64,000 nt of DNA from Candidatus Poribacteria bacterium (GTDB lineage Bacteria; Poribacteria; WGA-4E; WGA-3G): the NCBI GenBank assembly GCA_965198235.1, contig OZ240248.1, positions 1,952,001 through 2,016,000 on the forward strand, read 5' to 3'. Below are positions 18,403 to 27,091 of this stretch, in pieces; position 1 is the stretch's first letter, and the number at the start of each line of letters is the position of its first letter. A program made the position numbers and the translations under genes. The notes under the pieces were generated by a model. That model was not told the origin of the DNA. It did not search any database and was given only the letters and a program-made list of their open reading frames with translations.

Positions 18403-20025
18403 ATGCCGAACACTCAAGAAATCAGTTGGAAAGCCGTTAGTAAAACTGGTGCTGTTGCTGCGGGTGGTGCAGGTGCCGTTGCGGCAGGAATCGAGATTCT
18501 GGAAGCGGGCGGAAATGCAGCAGACGCAGCGGCGGGAACGATTCTTGCACTCAATGTCACAGACCACGGTGCTTGTTCTATTGGGGGTGAAGTGCCACTC
18601 CTTATCTTTGACTCGGAAAAACAGGAAGTAAAATCCCTCTCCGGACAGGGACGTGCACCACTTTCGCAAACCGCTATCGACTGGTATATGGAAAACGGGA
18701 TCCCGAATGGTGATATTAAGATGGCACCCGTCCCGTCGGTTGTGGACCTCTGCACGACCACACTCAAGTTGTATGGCACGAAGACGTTTGAGGAAATTGT
18801 ATCACCGACATTGGCACTGCTTGATGCTGGTGAAGCAGACTGGCACCCTGAATTAGCGTCCACCCTGCGTCGCATGGTCGAAGAGGAACAGAAAACATCC
18901 GGGAGCCGCGAGCAGAAAGTACAGGCGGCAAGTGATCGGTTTTACGGACGGAACGGTGTTAATAGTGATATTGCCGATGCATTAGAAGGTTTTTACATCG
19001 ACAAGGGCGGATTTCTCCGTAAGGCAGACCTCGCTGCCCATGTTACGCTTGTTGAAGACCCTGTAGCAGTGGCGTACCGAGGGTATACGGTATACAAGTG
19101 CGGTCCGTGGACGCAAGGTCCTTACCTTTGTCAAGCATTGCGTTTACTGGAAGGCTTCGATCTCAAAGCAATGGGTAACTGCTCGGCAGACTACGTGCAT
19201 GTGGTTACGGAAGCACTTAAATTGGCGATGGCTGACCGCGATGCCTACTACGGCGACCCAAAATTTGTAGATGTCCCAATGGCCGCGTTGCTTTCGGATG
19301 CCTATACCGAGATTCGTCGGCCGCTCATCGATATGCAAAAAGCATCACACGAAGCGAGACCCGGCGATGTGGATAACATGGAACCGCTAAAGGCAGATGG
19401 TGTATTTCGACCCGGAGTGGGTGGAACGACAACCTGTGCCGTCGCCGACCGGTGGGGGAATGTCGTTGCTGCGACACCGAGTGCTAACGTCTATCACGCG
19501 GGAGGTATGGTCGGTCCTACCGGTGTCAGTTACGGCAACCGTTTGCGCAGTCTCAATACAACCCCCGGACATCCGAACTGTATCCAGCCCGGAAAGCGTC
19601 CGAGAATCACGTTGACCCCTACACTGGTTCTTAAGGACGGTGCCCCGATTTTAGCGATCAGTGTTGCCGGTGGTGATCTGCAAGATCAAGCGACGATGAA
19701 TTTGCTGCTCGATTTCATTGAGTTCGATATGCTACCAGAAGCCGCTGTCACAGCACCACGCTTTGCCACTGCGCATCATGAAGATTCGTTTGATCCGAAT
19801 CCGAACCGTATAGAGACGTTCGGGCAAGCGGGTTCGTTGACTATCAACGACAGTGTGCGCGAAAACGTCAGGGAAGAACTTGGCAGTCGCGGGCATCAAC
19901 TTAGAACGCAGGGAGGTGCCATTGCTGCACCTGTCATGATCCATATTGACGAAGATAACGGGACGTTCTATGCTGCTGGAGACCCAGCTGCGGGGAGGCA
20001 TGCGGGGGGAGTGGCGGAAAAATGA
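18403..20025 (+). CDS. ggt: Gamma-glutamyltransferase family (Ntn hydrolase)
   Basis: GGNAADAA, KLAMADRDAYYGDP, GTTTCAVADRWGN (Thr nucleophile), PGKRPR. Confidence 0.9.
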   Translation: MPNTQEISWKAVSKTGAVAAGGAGAVAAGIEILEAGGNAADAAAGTILALNVTDHGACSIGGEVPLLIFDSEKQEVKSLSGQGRAPLSQTAIDWYMENGIPNGDIKMAPVPSVVDLCTTTLKLYGTKTFEEIVSPTLALLDAGEADWHPELASTLRRMVEEEQKTSGSREQKVQAASDRFYGRNGVNSDIADALEGFYIDKGGFLRKADLAAHVTLVEDPVAVAYRGYTVYKCGPWTQGPYLCQALRLLEGFDLKAMGNCSADYVHVVTEALKLAMADRDAYYGDPKFVDVPMAALLSDAYTEIRRPLIDMQKASHEARPGDVDNMEPLKADGVFRPGVGGTTTCAVADRWGNVVAATPSANVYHAGGMVGPTGVSYGNRLRSLNTTPGHPNCIQPGKRPRITLTPTLVLKDGAPILAISVAGGDLQDQATMNLLLDFIEFDMLPEAAVTAPRFATAHHEDSFDPNPNRIETFGQAGSLTINDSVRENVREELGSRGHQLRTQGGAIAAPVMIHIDEDNGTFYAAGDPAAGRHAGGVAEK

Positions 20026-20071
20026 TAGTGTTCTGTAAAAGAGAAACATAACGAGCACCGGGTTCGCCGCC

Positions 20072-20671
20072 TCAATTTTCTGTTTGCTGCCATGCCCCAA
20101 ACCGGTGTTGCAACGCTCTGAAAAATCTTCGGAAGGATCTATCACTTTGCTCCAAATGTTGGAGATCCATTGCGTTGACGAGATCCGCTGTCCGTTCAAT
20201 ACCACCTAAAAGCGGAACTATACCTGCGTCCCGGATCGCTTGTAGGAGAAGACGCTTGTAACGACCGCGGTCGCATTTCCGCTTAGGAACCGAGCAGCCC
20301 TTGCCAAACACCTTCTTGAACGCCTCTGAATCGAGAAGCAACCATCGTTCGATATGCGGTTGCGGAATCATGCTGATAACGCGATCCACCAAATTGGAGG
20401 TCACCTGATTGATCTCTTTTTCCCGCTGCAAAAATCCCTTGCAATTACTATCCGTTCCTACGATGATGAGGTCTGGTAAATCCTCGTCGTTGTGTTGCAA
20501 ATCCTGTTGATATTGTCTCAATTCCGTGATGACCTTTCCATGTCCACCACGGACGCTGAAGGCTTTGATATTAATTTTGATGTTGGACGTATTAGCAACC
20601 CGCTGAACCAATGCCGTGAGAAAATCCTCATGGGCAACATCTTCAACGAACAGACTGATATTATGCATCAA
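20072..20671 (-). CDS. DUF4276-family (TOPRIM-like) protein
   Basis: LFVED..HE, GTDSN, IERWLLLD motifs; overlaps the end of the upstream ATPase gene. Confidence 0.7.
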   Translation of the reverse strand: MMHNISLFVEDVAHEDFLTALVQRVANTSNIKINIKAFSVRGGHGKVITELRQYQQDLQHNDEDLPDLIIVGTDSNCKGFLQREKEINQVTSNLVDRVISMIPQPHIERWLLLDSEAFKKVFGKGCSVPKRKCDRGRYKRLLLQAIRDAGIVPLLGGIERTADLVNAMDLQHLEQSDRSFRRFFRALQHRFGAWQQTEN

Positions 20672-21974
20672 AGTCCCCCCTCAAGATACGTTCGGAAGGG
20701 GATAATGCATCTTTATCGTCCAACGCTACCTCAATCTCCGATTTTTTCCATAGGGGTCCCAGATGCATCATCCTAAAGGGCTCAATTTCTGTGTTCCCAT
20801 TAACCTTGCGACAAACATATAACGATTCGGGAGGAATGAGGTCGGATAAAAGCGATGAATGCGTTGTCACAATGAATTGGGTATCTTCAAGAAGCATACG
20901 AGTCTCCAAAAACCGAGCAATGCGCTGAATCCTACGAGGATGAATGCCATTCTCCGGTTCCTCAAATCCTATCAACGCTGGCGGTTCTTCGGCACCAACG
21001 AGTGCCAAAAGCCCTAAAATCCGGAATGTGCCTTCCGATAAGACCCGTGCAGAAACACGTTTTTCGCCTTCACGCAGATCCAATTCCACCTCGCCAAACT
21101 TATTGACACCGACCTCGATGCCCGTTACGGAGGGAATCATCGTACGGAGAGATTCCTCGATAGATTCAAACTGTCGCGCATTGAAACCTCGCAAAGTATT
21201 AAGAAAGGCTGCGAGGTCTTCCCCCATCAATCCGATATGGTGAACTTCCTTAACAGTACCTGGGAGTCGCATGCGTTCACGCGGCTCAAAATAGAAGGTA
21301 AACCAACGCGCCAATTCCTGCCGCATCGCAACCAAATGAGGGTGGTGAGGGGGATAGTGCGCCATTGAAAGGATGCTATAATTGAGACCTCGCTCATAGT
21401 GGGCTGGACGCGCTTGTCCCTCCATCCGCAAATGCAGCCGGTTGTCAATCTGTTCCAAGAACGGCTTGCGTTTTTGATTCAACTCACCTGTGGCATTAAG
21501 TGCAGCGAGATATTCGTCCGCGACACGTAAAGTGCCAAACTTCGGGAGCATCTCAATCTCAATCCGATACCGAAGATTTTGCGAACGCACGGTAGGTGGT
21601 GATCGCCTGGAAACAGATTCACCTTCATCCAATGGCACCCGTCTCATCTTCTGAATGTGGTGATTGATATTCTCAACGATCTTCGGAGAAAGCTGAACAT
21701 CTACCTCTATACTAAACGATACTGTTTCCTGTTCCAGGAGGTTCTTGATGCCCTCTTCTCCAAAAGTGAACGACTCCAGTGCGTGTCCTCGGTAAGGGGG
21801 GTCAAACGCTTCTTTCAGGGTCCGACTGGTGGCCACGCGCGATAGGAGGTGCAAGGCATCAAGGAAATTGCTTTTTCCTGAAGCGTTGGGACCAACGAGT
21901 ACAGCAAGGTGCTCAAAGTTTACCTCAAGATCCACGAGTGATTTATACCCTTGAATTTTGATTCGCTTCAGCAT
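20661..21974 (-). CDS. ABC/SMC-like ATPase (AAA_21/AAA_15 type)
   Basis: Walker A GPNASGKS, signature LSEGT, Walker B IGFEEPENGIHP, H-loop TTHS. Confidence 0.92.
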   Translation of the reverse strand: MLKRIKIQGYKSLVDLEVNFEHLAVLVGPNASGKSNFLDALHLLSRVATSRTLKEAFDPPYRGHALESFTFGEEGIKNLLEQETVSFSIEVDVQLSPKIVENINHHIQKMRRVPLDEGESVSRRSPPTVRSQNLRYRIEIEMLPKFGTLRVADEYLAALNATGELNQKRKPFLEQIDNRLHLRMEGQARPAHYERGLNYSILSMAHYPPHHPHLVAMRQELARWFTFYFEPRERMRLPGTVKEVHHIGLMGEDLAAFLNTLRGFNARQFESIEESLRTMIPSVTGIEVGVNKFGEVELDLREGEKRVSARVLSEGTFRILGLLALVGAEEPPALIGFEEPENGIHPRRIQRIARFLETRMLLEDTQFIVTTHSSLLSDLIPPESLYVCRKVNGNTEIEPFRMMHLGPLWKKSEIEVALDDKDALSPSERILRGDFDA

Positions 21975-21990
21975 AGTAGCGTGCCTCCGT

Positions 21991-22788
21991 TCAATATCCG
22001 AGACCTCTCAGATATTCTCGATTTACGACTGCGGCTTCAGCCGGTGGACGTGGCGGATACGGACGATCAAGTTCGACAGAGACCCATCCATCATAACCGA
22101 CTGATTCGAGTCCTTCAAGTGCGGCTTTGACATCAAGTCCTAAGTTTCCAGCACCCAGTTCAGCGAAACGCGCCTGCTCGCCAAAGCGTTGTGTTCTGTA
22201 ATCCCAAGTATCAGGGTCATCGGCGTGGCAGTCTTTGAGATGGACATGCCCAATCCGATTGCGCAAATTTTCGCTCTCAAAAACCTGCATCGGGTCGCTC
22301 CCAGCGGCGAGCATGTGTCCTGTGTCAAAGAGCAGCCAGAGACTCGGTGCTGCTGCCAAAAGGCGTTCCGCATCATCAACCGTCTCGAGCAGTGTGCCGA
22401 GATGGGCGTGGTGGAAGCCTTTGATGTTGTGCGCGTCGCAGAACGCGAGGACATCATCCAGCGTTCGGGCGGCATTCTCGAAATCGGCATCGCTTGGATC
22501 GGGTCCACCCCATTCCGAACGTCTCAACGACGGTACTTCGGCGGCATTGTTGCCGAGGGCAATATTAAACTTAACCCTGTCAAGTCCTGCCCCGCCGGCA
22601 TTGACGATATGGAGTCCGAGACTACGTGCAAGCGTCGCCATCTCAACGAGTCCGTCTGCCCCCTCAAAAGGAACACTTTCAACCCCTTCCCAACCGGCAT
22701 CGGCGACTTCTCGTAACACTTTTTCTGGATTTTCTTCCTGTTCTCCACCAAATTGGATCAGATGACAAGCGAATCTTAATTTGCTCAT
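21991..22788 (-). CDS. Sugar phosphate isomerase/epimerase (IolE/xylose-isomerase-like TIM barrel)
   Basis: FHHAHLGT, FDTGH, HVHLKD, GYDGWVSVELD. Confidence 0.88.
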   Translation of the reverse strand: MSKLRFACHLIQFGGEQEENPEKVLREVADAGWEGVESVPFEGADGLVEMATLARSLGLHIVNAGGAGLDRVKFNIALGNNAAEVPSLRRSEWGGPDPSDADFENAARTLDDVLAFCDAHNIKGFHHAHLGTLLETVDDAERLLAAAPSLWLLFDTGHMLAAGSDPMQVFESENLRNRIGHVHLKDCHADDPDTWDYRTQRFGEQARFAELGAGNLGLDVKAALEGLESVGYDGWVSVELDRPYPPRPPAEAAVVNREYLRGLGY

Positions 22789-22801
22789 GAATATATTCCT
22801 T

Positions 22802-22948
22802 TCAAGATTTTCTACTATTGAGTGATGTTAAGGACAGCTGCTGGTCAGGGTTCTGATATAACCACATTTCCATGTTCTTCTTAATAGCAGTCCATTCGCT
22901 GTCCAACATTGAATACCAAGCAGTATCCCTGTTTCGACCTTTTATTTT
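22802..22948 (-). pseudogene. C-terminal fragment of a RimJ/RimL-type GNAT gene
   Basis: Startless frame KIKGRNRDTAWYSMLDSEWTAIKKNMEMWL...*; KGRNRDTAWYS..D.EW is typical of this family. Confidence 0.7.
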
Positions 22949-22969
22949 CTTGACTCTCAGACTGAACGC

Positions 22970-23668
22970 TTACTTGAATGCATACTGCCACCGGTGATAT
23001 TGACCAAAATCGGTTGCGGTGGTTAATAGATCAGGAGCGATAGTGTGTTTAAAACTGTCTGGGATAAACAGTCCTGTGTTTAAGCGGTCCTCATGAAAAA
23101 TGGAATTTCGAGCCGCACGTATCACATGGTGCTGTTCCTTTAGGGATAGCCGAGGTTCAATAAACCCCTCAATCCACAATCCACGATAGGTTAAAGTATT
23201 GACAGGTATGAGATGGACAGTCTCCGGCACATTGGTGGCGGACTTGCAAGCCAAAGGATTCCAAAGGAGGAGGCTACGCACTTGAGCGTCCGTCGTAAAG
23301 CCCGCCTTGGAAAATGCACGCTGACTTGCATGATTATCAATGCGGATGGATGCCTTAGCCCAACGTGCTCCCAGATTAGAACCCTGGGTTAGTGCTTTTT
23401 CAATGAGAGAAGCCCCAATCCCTTTTCCTCGACTCGTAGAACGAAGAATAATAAGATCTATTTCCCATCGAGGTGTTGGGTTAGACACCAGAAATGCGGA
23501 AAGGAAACCTGCGATTTCGCCAGCATCCACTGCAACAAAGACTTGATGCTCAAGCGACGAGACGTGATCGGTGAACACGTCAAAGAGAAGCGATTCTCCC
23601 CATGTTTCTTGTAGGATTAGGTGAATCGCTTGGGCATCATTTGGACGCGCCAATCTAATATCCAACAT
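22970..23668 (-). CDS. GNAT acetyltransferase with C-terminal extension
   Basis: RGKGIGASLI, NHASQRAFSKAGF. Confidence 0.85.
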   Translation of the reverse strand: MLDIRLARPNDAQAIHLILQETWGESLLFDVFTDHVSSLEHQVFVAVDAGEIAGFLSAFLVSNPTPRWEIDLIILRSTSRGKGIGASLIEKALTQGSNLGARWAKASIRIDNHASQRAFSKAGFTTDAQVRSLLLWNPLACKSATNVPETVHLIPVNTLTYRGLWIEGFIEPRLSLKEQHHVIRAARNSIFHEDRLNTGLFIPDSFKHTIAPDLLTTATDFGQYHRWQYAFK

Positions 23669-23711
23669 ATTCCTTTCTTCGCTTCACATTTCCATCAGGG
23701 GACCAAGATGC

Positions 23712-24476
23712 TTATCTCTTAACCTTTTTGAGCATGCCCCAAGTCGTGGCAGCTTTGTCCAACGGCGATACGCTCAAGACCTGCTCCATATCTTGCTGAA
23801 TCTCATCTGCAGTCAGGACACGGTTATAGATAACGAATTCATCAAGCCTGCCCCCATAGGGCCACGGACCATCCAAGCGATTGCCGAACCAATGATCGTT
23901 TGGAGAAACCGGAATTTCGCCTTGCACTTTATAGGTATTATCAAGTTTGCCGTTGATATAAAGCCGAAGCTCCTTATCAAACTCGTAAACTGCGGCGACG
24001 TGCGACCACTTATCGTTCGGAATTTCGTTCTTTGTGCTGTTCCATGTTCGTCCGCCAGCACCGGGGCATCCCATCCACACTGACGGTCTACCTTGATGGA
24101 TACTCAGATAATACGTATGAGGTCCCGCCTGCCCGCGTACATTGCGATAATCACCGACACTCTCTGGATATACCCATACCTCCATCGTCAAGTTCTTGGT
24201 AATCGCCAGACTGTCAGACGCTTCGGCGGCGACGACCCCCTTCTGAATCTGTTCGTTAAAAAACACCCCCGAATTGATTTTTCCGTTTTTCTCCCATTTG
24301 GCATCGCCTTCGAGCGTGCCATGATTCCCTTTGCCGCTCAAGTCTTCGACATCTTTTCCCTTTCCCTTATCGAACGAGAAATAAAGGACCATTGCGTCGT
24401 CCTCAATCGCTTCGATTACGAGGGGAAATATGAAGATGAATGCCAGGCTCAGAATATAGAAAACTATCCATCTCAT
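23712..24476 (-). CDS. Secreted LamG/concanavalin-A-like protein with C-terminal TTWGMLK motif
   Basis: Signal peptide; LYFSFD, DLSG.GNHG, WSHVAAVY, LYING, GRLDEFVIYNRVL; GGAGG RBS before ATG 24476. Confidence 0.9.
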   Translation of the reverse strand: MRWIVFYILSLAFIFIFPLVIEAIEDDAMVLYFSFDKGKGKDVEDLSGKGNHGTLEGDAKWEKNGKINSGVFFNEQIQKGVVAAEASDSLAITKNLTMEVWVYPESVGDYRNVRGQAGPHTYYLSIHQGRPSVWMGCPGAGGRTWNSTKNEIPNDKWSHVAAVYEFDKELRLYINGKLDNTYKVQGEIPVSPNDHWFGNRLDGPWPYGGRLDEFVIYNRVLTADEIQQDMEQVLSVSPLDKAATTWGMLKKVKR

Positions 24477-24677
24477 TTCATACCTCCAGTCAAGGTGTCG
24501 ACTCAAACACCTAAAAAATGTCTCAGTCGTGTTGTTGTGTGAGTTACAACAATATTAAAGAGCATAACTCCGTGAATTAAGAGCGCATTACGCTATTTGA
24601 TGTACGATGCTAAATTATTGCTAATACGCTCTACGGATGGTGAAACTATGGACAGGGCATCAACTATCAAAAGCGAT

Positions 24678-24998
24678 CTACTTCCAGTCGTCGTCTGGCG
24701 GGTAAATGTTGGAACTTCCGCCGCCTGCGCCTTTAAATTTGCTTTCAGCAAACCAGTCTTTGACGGTATCCCGCCACTTAATGAAGTGTGGTGCTTTCAG
24801 GTGCTCTTGGAACGCCGCTTCGTCCACATAGACCTCATAGAGCCAGATCCGATTCGGATCGGCACCGTCCTGAATCACATCAAATCTCAGGCAACCGGGT
24901 TCATTCTCAACGGAGCCTTTCGCGTCGTCCAGCATCGATTCGATGAATGCATCTCTGTGACCTTCTTTAATTTGAATGGGGGCGATGATAACAAACAT
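24678..24998 (-). CDS. Antibiotic biosynthesis monooxygenase family (LsrG/QuMo-like)
   Basis: EPGCLRFDV, LYEVY.DEAAFQEH..APHF. Confidence 0.88.
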   Translation of the reverse strand: MFVIIAPIQIKEGHRDAFIESMLDDAKGSVENEPGCLRFDVIQDGADPNRIWLYEVYVDEAAFQEHLKAPHFIKWRDTVKDWFAESKFKGAGGGSSNIYPPDDDWK

Positions 24999-25123
24999 AC
25001 TTTTTTCCTCCTATGCGTAATTTACAAATCAGAATTTATTTCTCGTATCGGCATGCTGATGCCGAATTCACATTAACCTATCACAATTTGGGCGGGATGT
25101 CAATCAAGTTCAAAGTGAAAACA

Positions 25124-26200
25124 TTATGCTGAGGCAACTGTCAGTGCTTTCAGTTTTTCTGCCTCTAACTCGACACCCAATCCCGGTCCTTCAGGTGGAT
25201 ACAGATGGCTGGCTTCCGCTCGGATGCGTTCCTTCGCTGGCGATGCCGTATAAAGCACCGGTCCCATCGGATCACAAGGCAGGGTAAGGTTGGGCATTGA
25301 AACACCGACGTGGATTTGCGAGGCTGTCCCAAGCGTCGATTCCTGATCCGTGCCAATCAGGCATCTGAGTCCAGCTGCCTCTGCCAACGCAAACAGACGA
25401 CGGATATGGGTGGGACCTCCTGCTACACACGCTACATTGAAGACAGTGCAAGCACCGCGTTCGGCTGCCTCATATCCATATTCTAAACTACTGATGTGCA
25501 GACTCACGGGCAAATCCATGCGTTTGGTAAACTCCGCACACACGCGTAGGTTCCGTGAGGGTTGCTCAAAATGGTAGGGGGTGTGATGCCGAAGGACATC
25601 AGCGTAGCGCAAGGCGGTCTCCCAGTCGTTGAAGCGACCAGAGAAATCGATTTGTTTGAGTCGGATCTGCTCGCTAAATCTCGATTTCATCTCGGTTAGG
25701 AACCGGTCATCCAACGCGCTGTCGCCTGACACGTAGTAGCGGAAGAGATGATGTCCGAGGTCTACCAACCGTTGCAGATAACCCACAGTCTTCTCAAAGT
25801 CCTCCGTTACCTGCCATCCGAAAATTGGATAACAGCAATAGACGCTATCTCGCATCTTGCCTCCAAGCATTTGGTAAGCGGGTACACCTTGGACCTTGCC
25901 GTTCAGGTCATAAAGCGCGAGGTCGATGGCGGAAGCGAGGTGTAGATTGCTAACTGTGCTACCGAAATCGTGTGCGCGTAGGAACTCGTTGATTTCTGTA
26001 ATACGGGTGGCATCACGTCCGACCAGTAACTCGTTATAGGGTTTGGCGATTGCCCCTAAATCGTCAGCTCTGCTGTCCGAGGCTTCCCCCAACCCGACGG
26101 GACCATCGTCTACATGGACTTTGACGATAACATGACCTGATACGTGACCGTAATAACGTGGTGTCTCAATCTGGAAGGTCTCAATTTTTGTGATTTTCAT
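25124..26200 (-). CDS. Mandelate racemase/muconate lactonizing enzyme (enolase superfamily)
   Basis: GLGEA, SAIDLALYDL.GK..GVPAYQMLGG, FEQP, P.GPGLGVE. Confidence 0.85.
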   Translation of the reverse strand: MKITKIETFQIETPRYYGHVSGHVIVKVHVDDGPVGLGEASDSRADDLGAIAKPYNELLVGRDATRITEINEFLRAHDFGSTVSNLHLASAIDLALYDLNGKVQGVPAYQMLGGKMRDSVYCCYPIFGWQVTEDFEKTVGYLQRLVDLGHHLFRYYVSGDSALDDRFLTEMKSRFSEQIRLKQIDFSGRFNDWETALRYADVLRHHTPYHFEQPSRNLRVCAEFTKRMDLPVSLHISSLEYGYEAAERGACTVFNVACVAGGPTHIRRLFALAEAAGLRCLIGTDQESTLGTASQIHVGVSMPNLTLPCDPMGPVLYTASPAKERIRAEASHLYPPEGPGLGVELEAEKLKALTVASA

Positions 26201-26952
26201 TTTGTATTCCGTAGGTCAAGAACGGCTTCGTAATGTTTGGTGATCCGACCGTCATACTTTGTCTCAATAAGATTGACAATCCCCTCAAACAGAAGACGCT
26301 TATTTTTATCTGGCAACGCGATGTGCCCTGAGTAAGTACCCAAAAGTTTGATGTACTGCTCAGATGAATACGTTTGCGTCCATGGGTAGACGCGTCGAAT
26401 TGGGGACTGAAAGGCTTCCACGCCGGGAAAATTTGTGGCGTGCGTAGGGCGATTCGTGGTCAGCGGAAGGTAGTATTTATCGTAGAGACTCTGGCTTTCC
26501 GCAAAAAATCCTTCCTCCTTCCTGACATGCTGGTTGGAGAAAACGGCAAGGAAACCCTTTGATTTAAGCACATCGGATGCCTTCAGGTATCTCACTTTTG
26601 GATCCACCCAATGAAAGGCGGTGGCAGAAATAACCAAATCAAATTTTCCGTCTGATTCCCACTCCTCAAATGCCTGTTCCACAAACGAAACATTTGGAAA
26701 TCCTTCCAACCTTTCTCTTGCAACGGCGATCAAATCCGCACCGATGTCCAGACAAACCAATTCGTATCCGCGTTCCGCAAAAGCTTGGGTTGCTTTTCCG
26801 GTGCCGCATCCGACTTCGAGAATTCTACTGTGATCGCTGAGTCCAGAGATGTCCATAACATCTCGGATTAGATTCTCAGGGTATCCGGGTCGGATATCTT
26901 CATAGAGCGTTGCAGCAGTATTGAACGTGGTTTTGAGCTTAGTGCTTGACAT
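26197..26952 (-). CDS. Class I SAM-dependent methyltransferase
   Basis: RPGYP, ILEVGCGTG, ATAFHWVDP; start set at ATG 26952. Confidence 0.9.
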   Translation of the reverse strand: MSSTKLKTTFNTAATLYEDIRPGYPENLIRDVMDISGLSDHSRILEVGCGTGKATQAFAERGYELVCLDIGADLIAVARERLEGFPNVSFVEQAFEEWESDGKFDLVISATAFHWVDPKVRYLKASDVLKSKGFLAVFSNQHVRKEEGFFAESQSLYDKYYLPLTTNRPTHATNFPGVEAFQSPIRRVYPWTQTYSSEQYIKLLGTYSGHIALPDKNKRLLFEGIVNLIETKYDGRITKHYEAVLDLRNTK

Positions 26953-27091
26953 AGGATTTTCCTTCTGTGATGGTTCCTTGCCAATTCTACCACGCCCGTC
27001 ACAAAAAGACAATCCCTTAGTTTATCTTCCTTCACGCTAAGGATGCTGTCTTTAGGTAGTCGGATGTGGGCGTACGTTTTTTGAATTTCCT

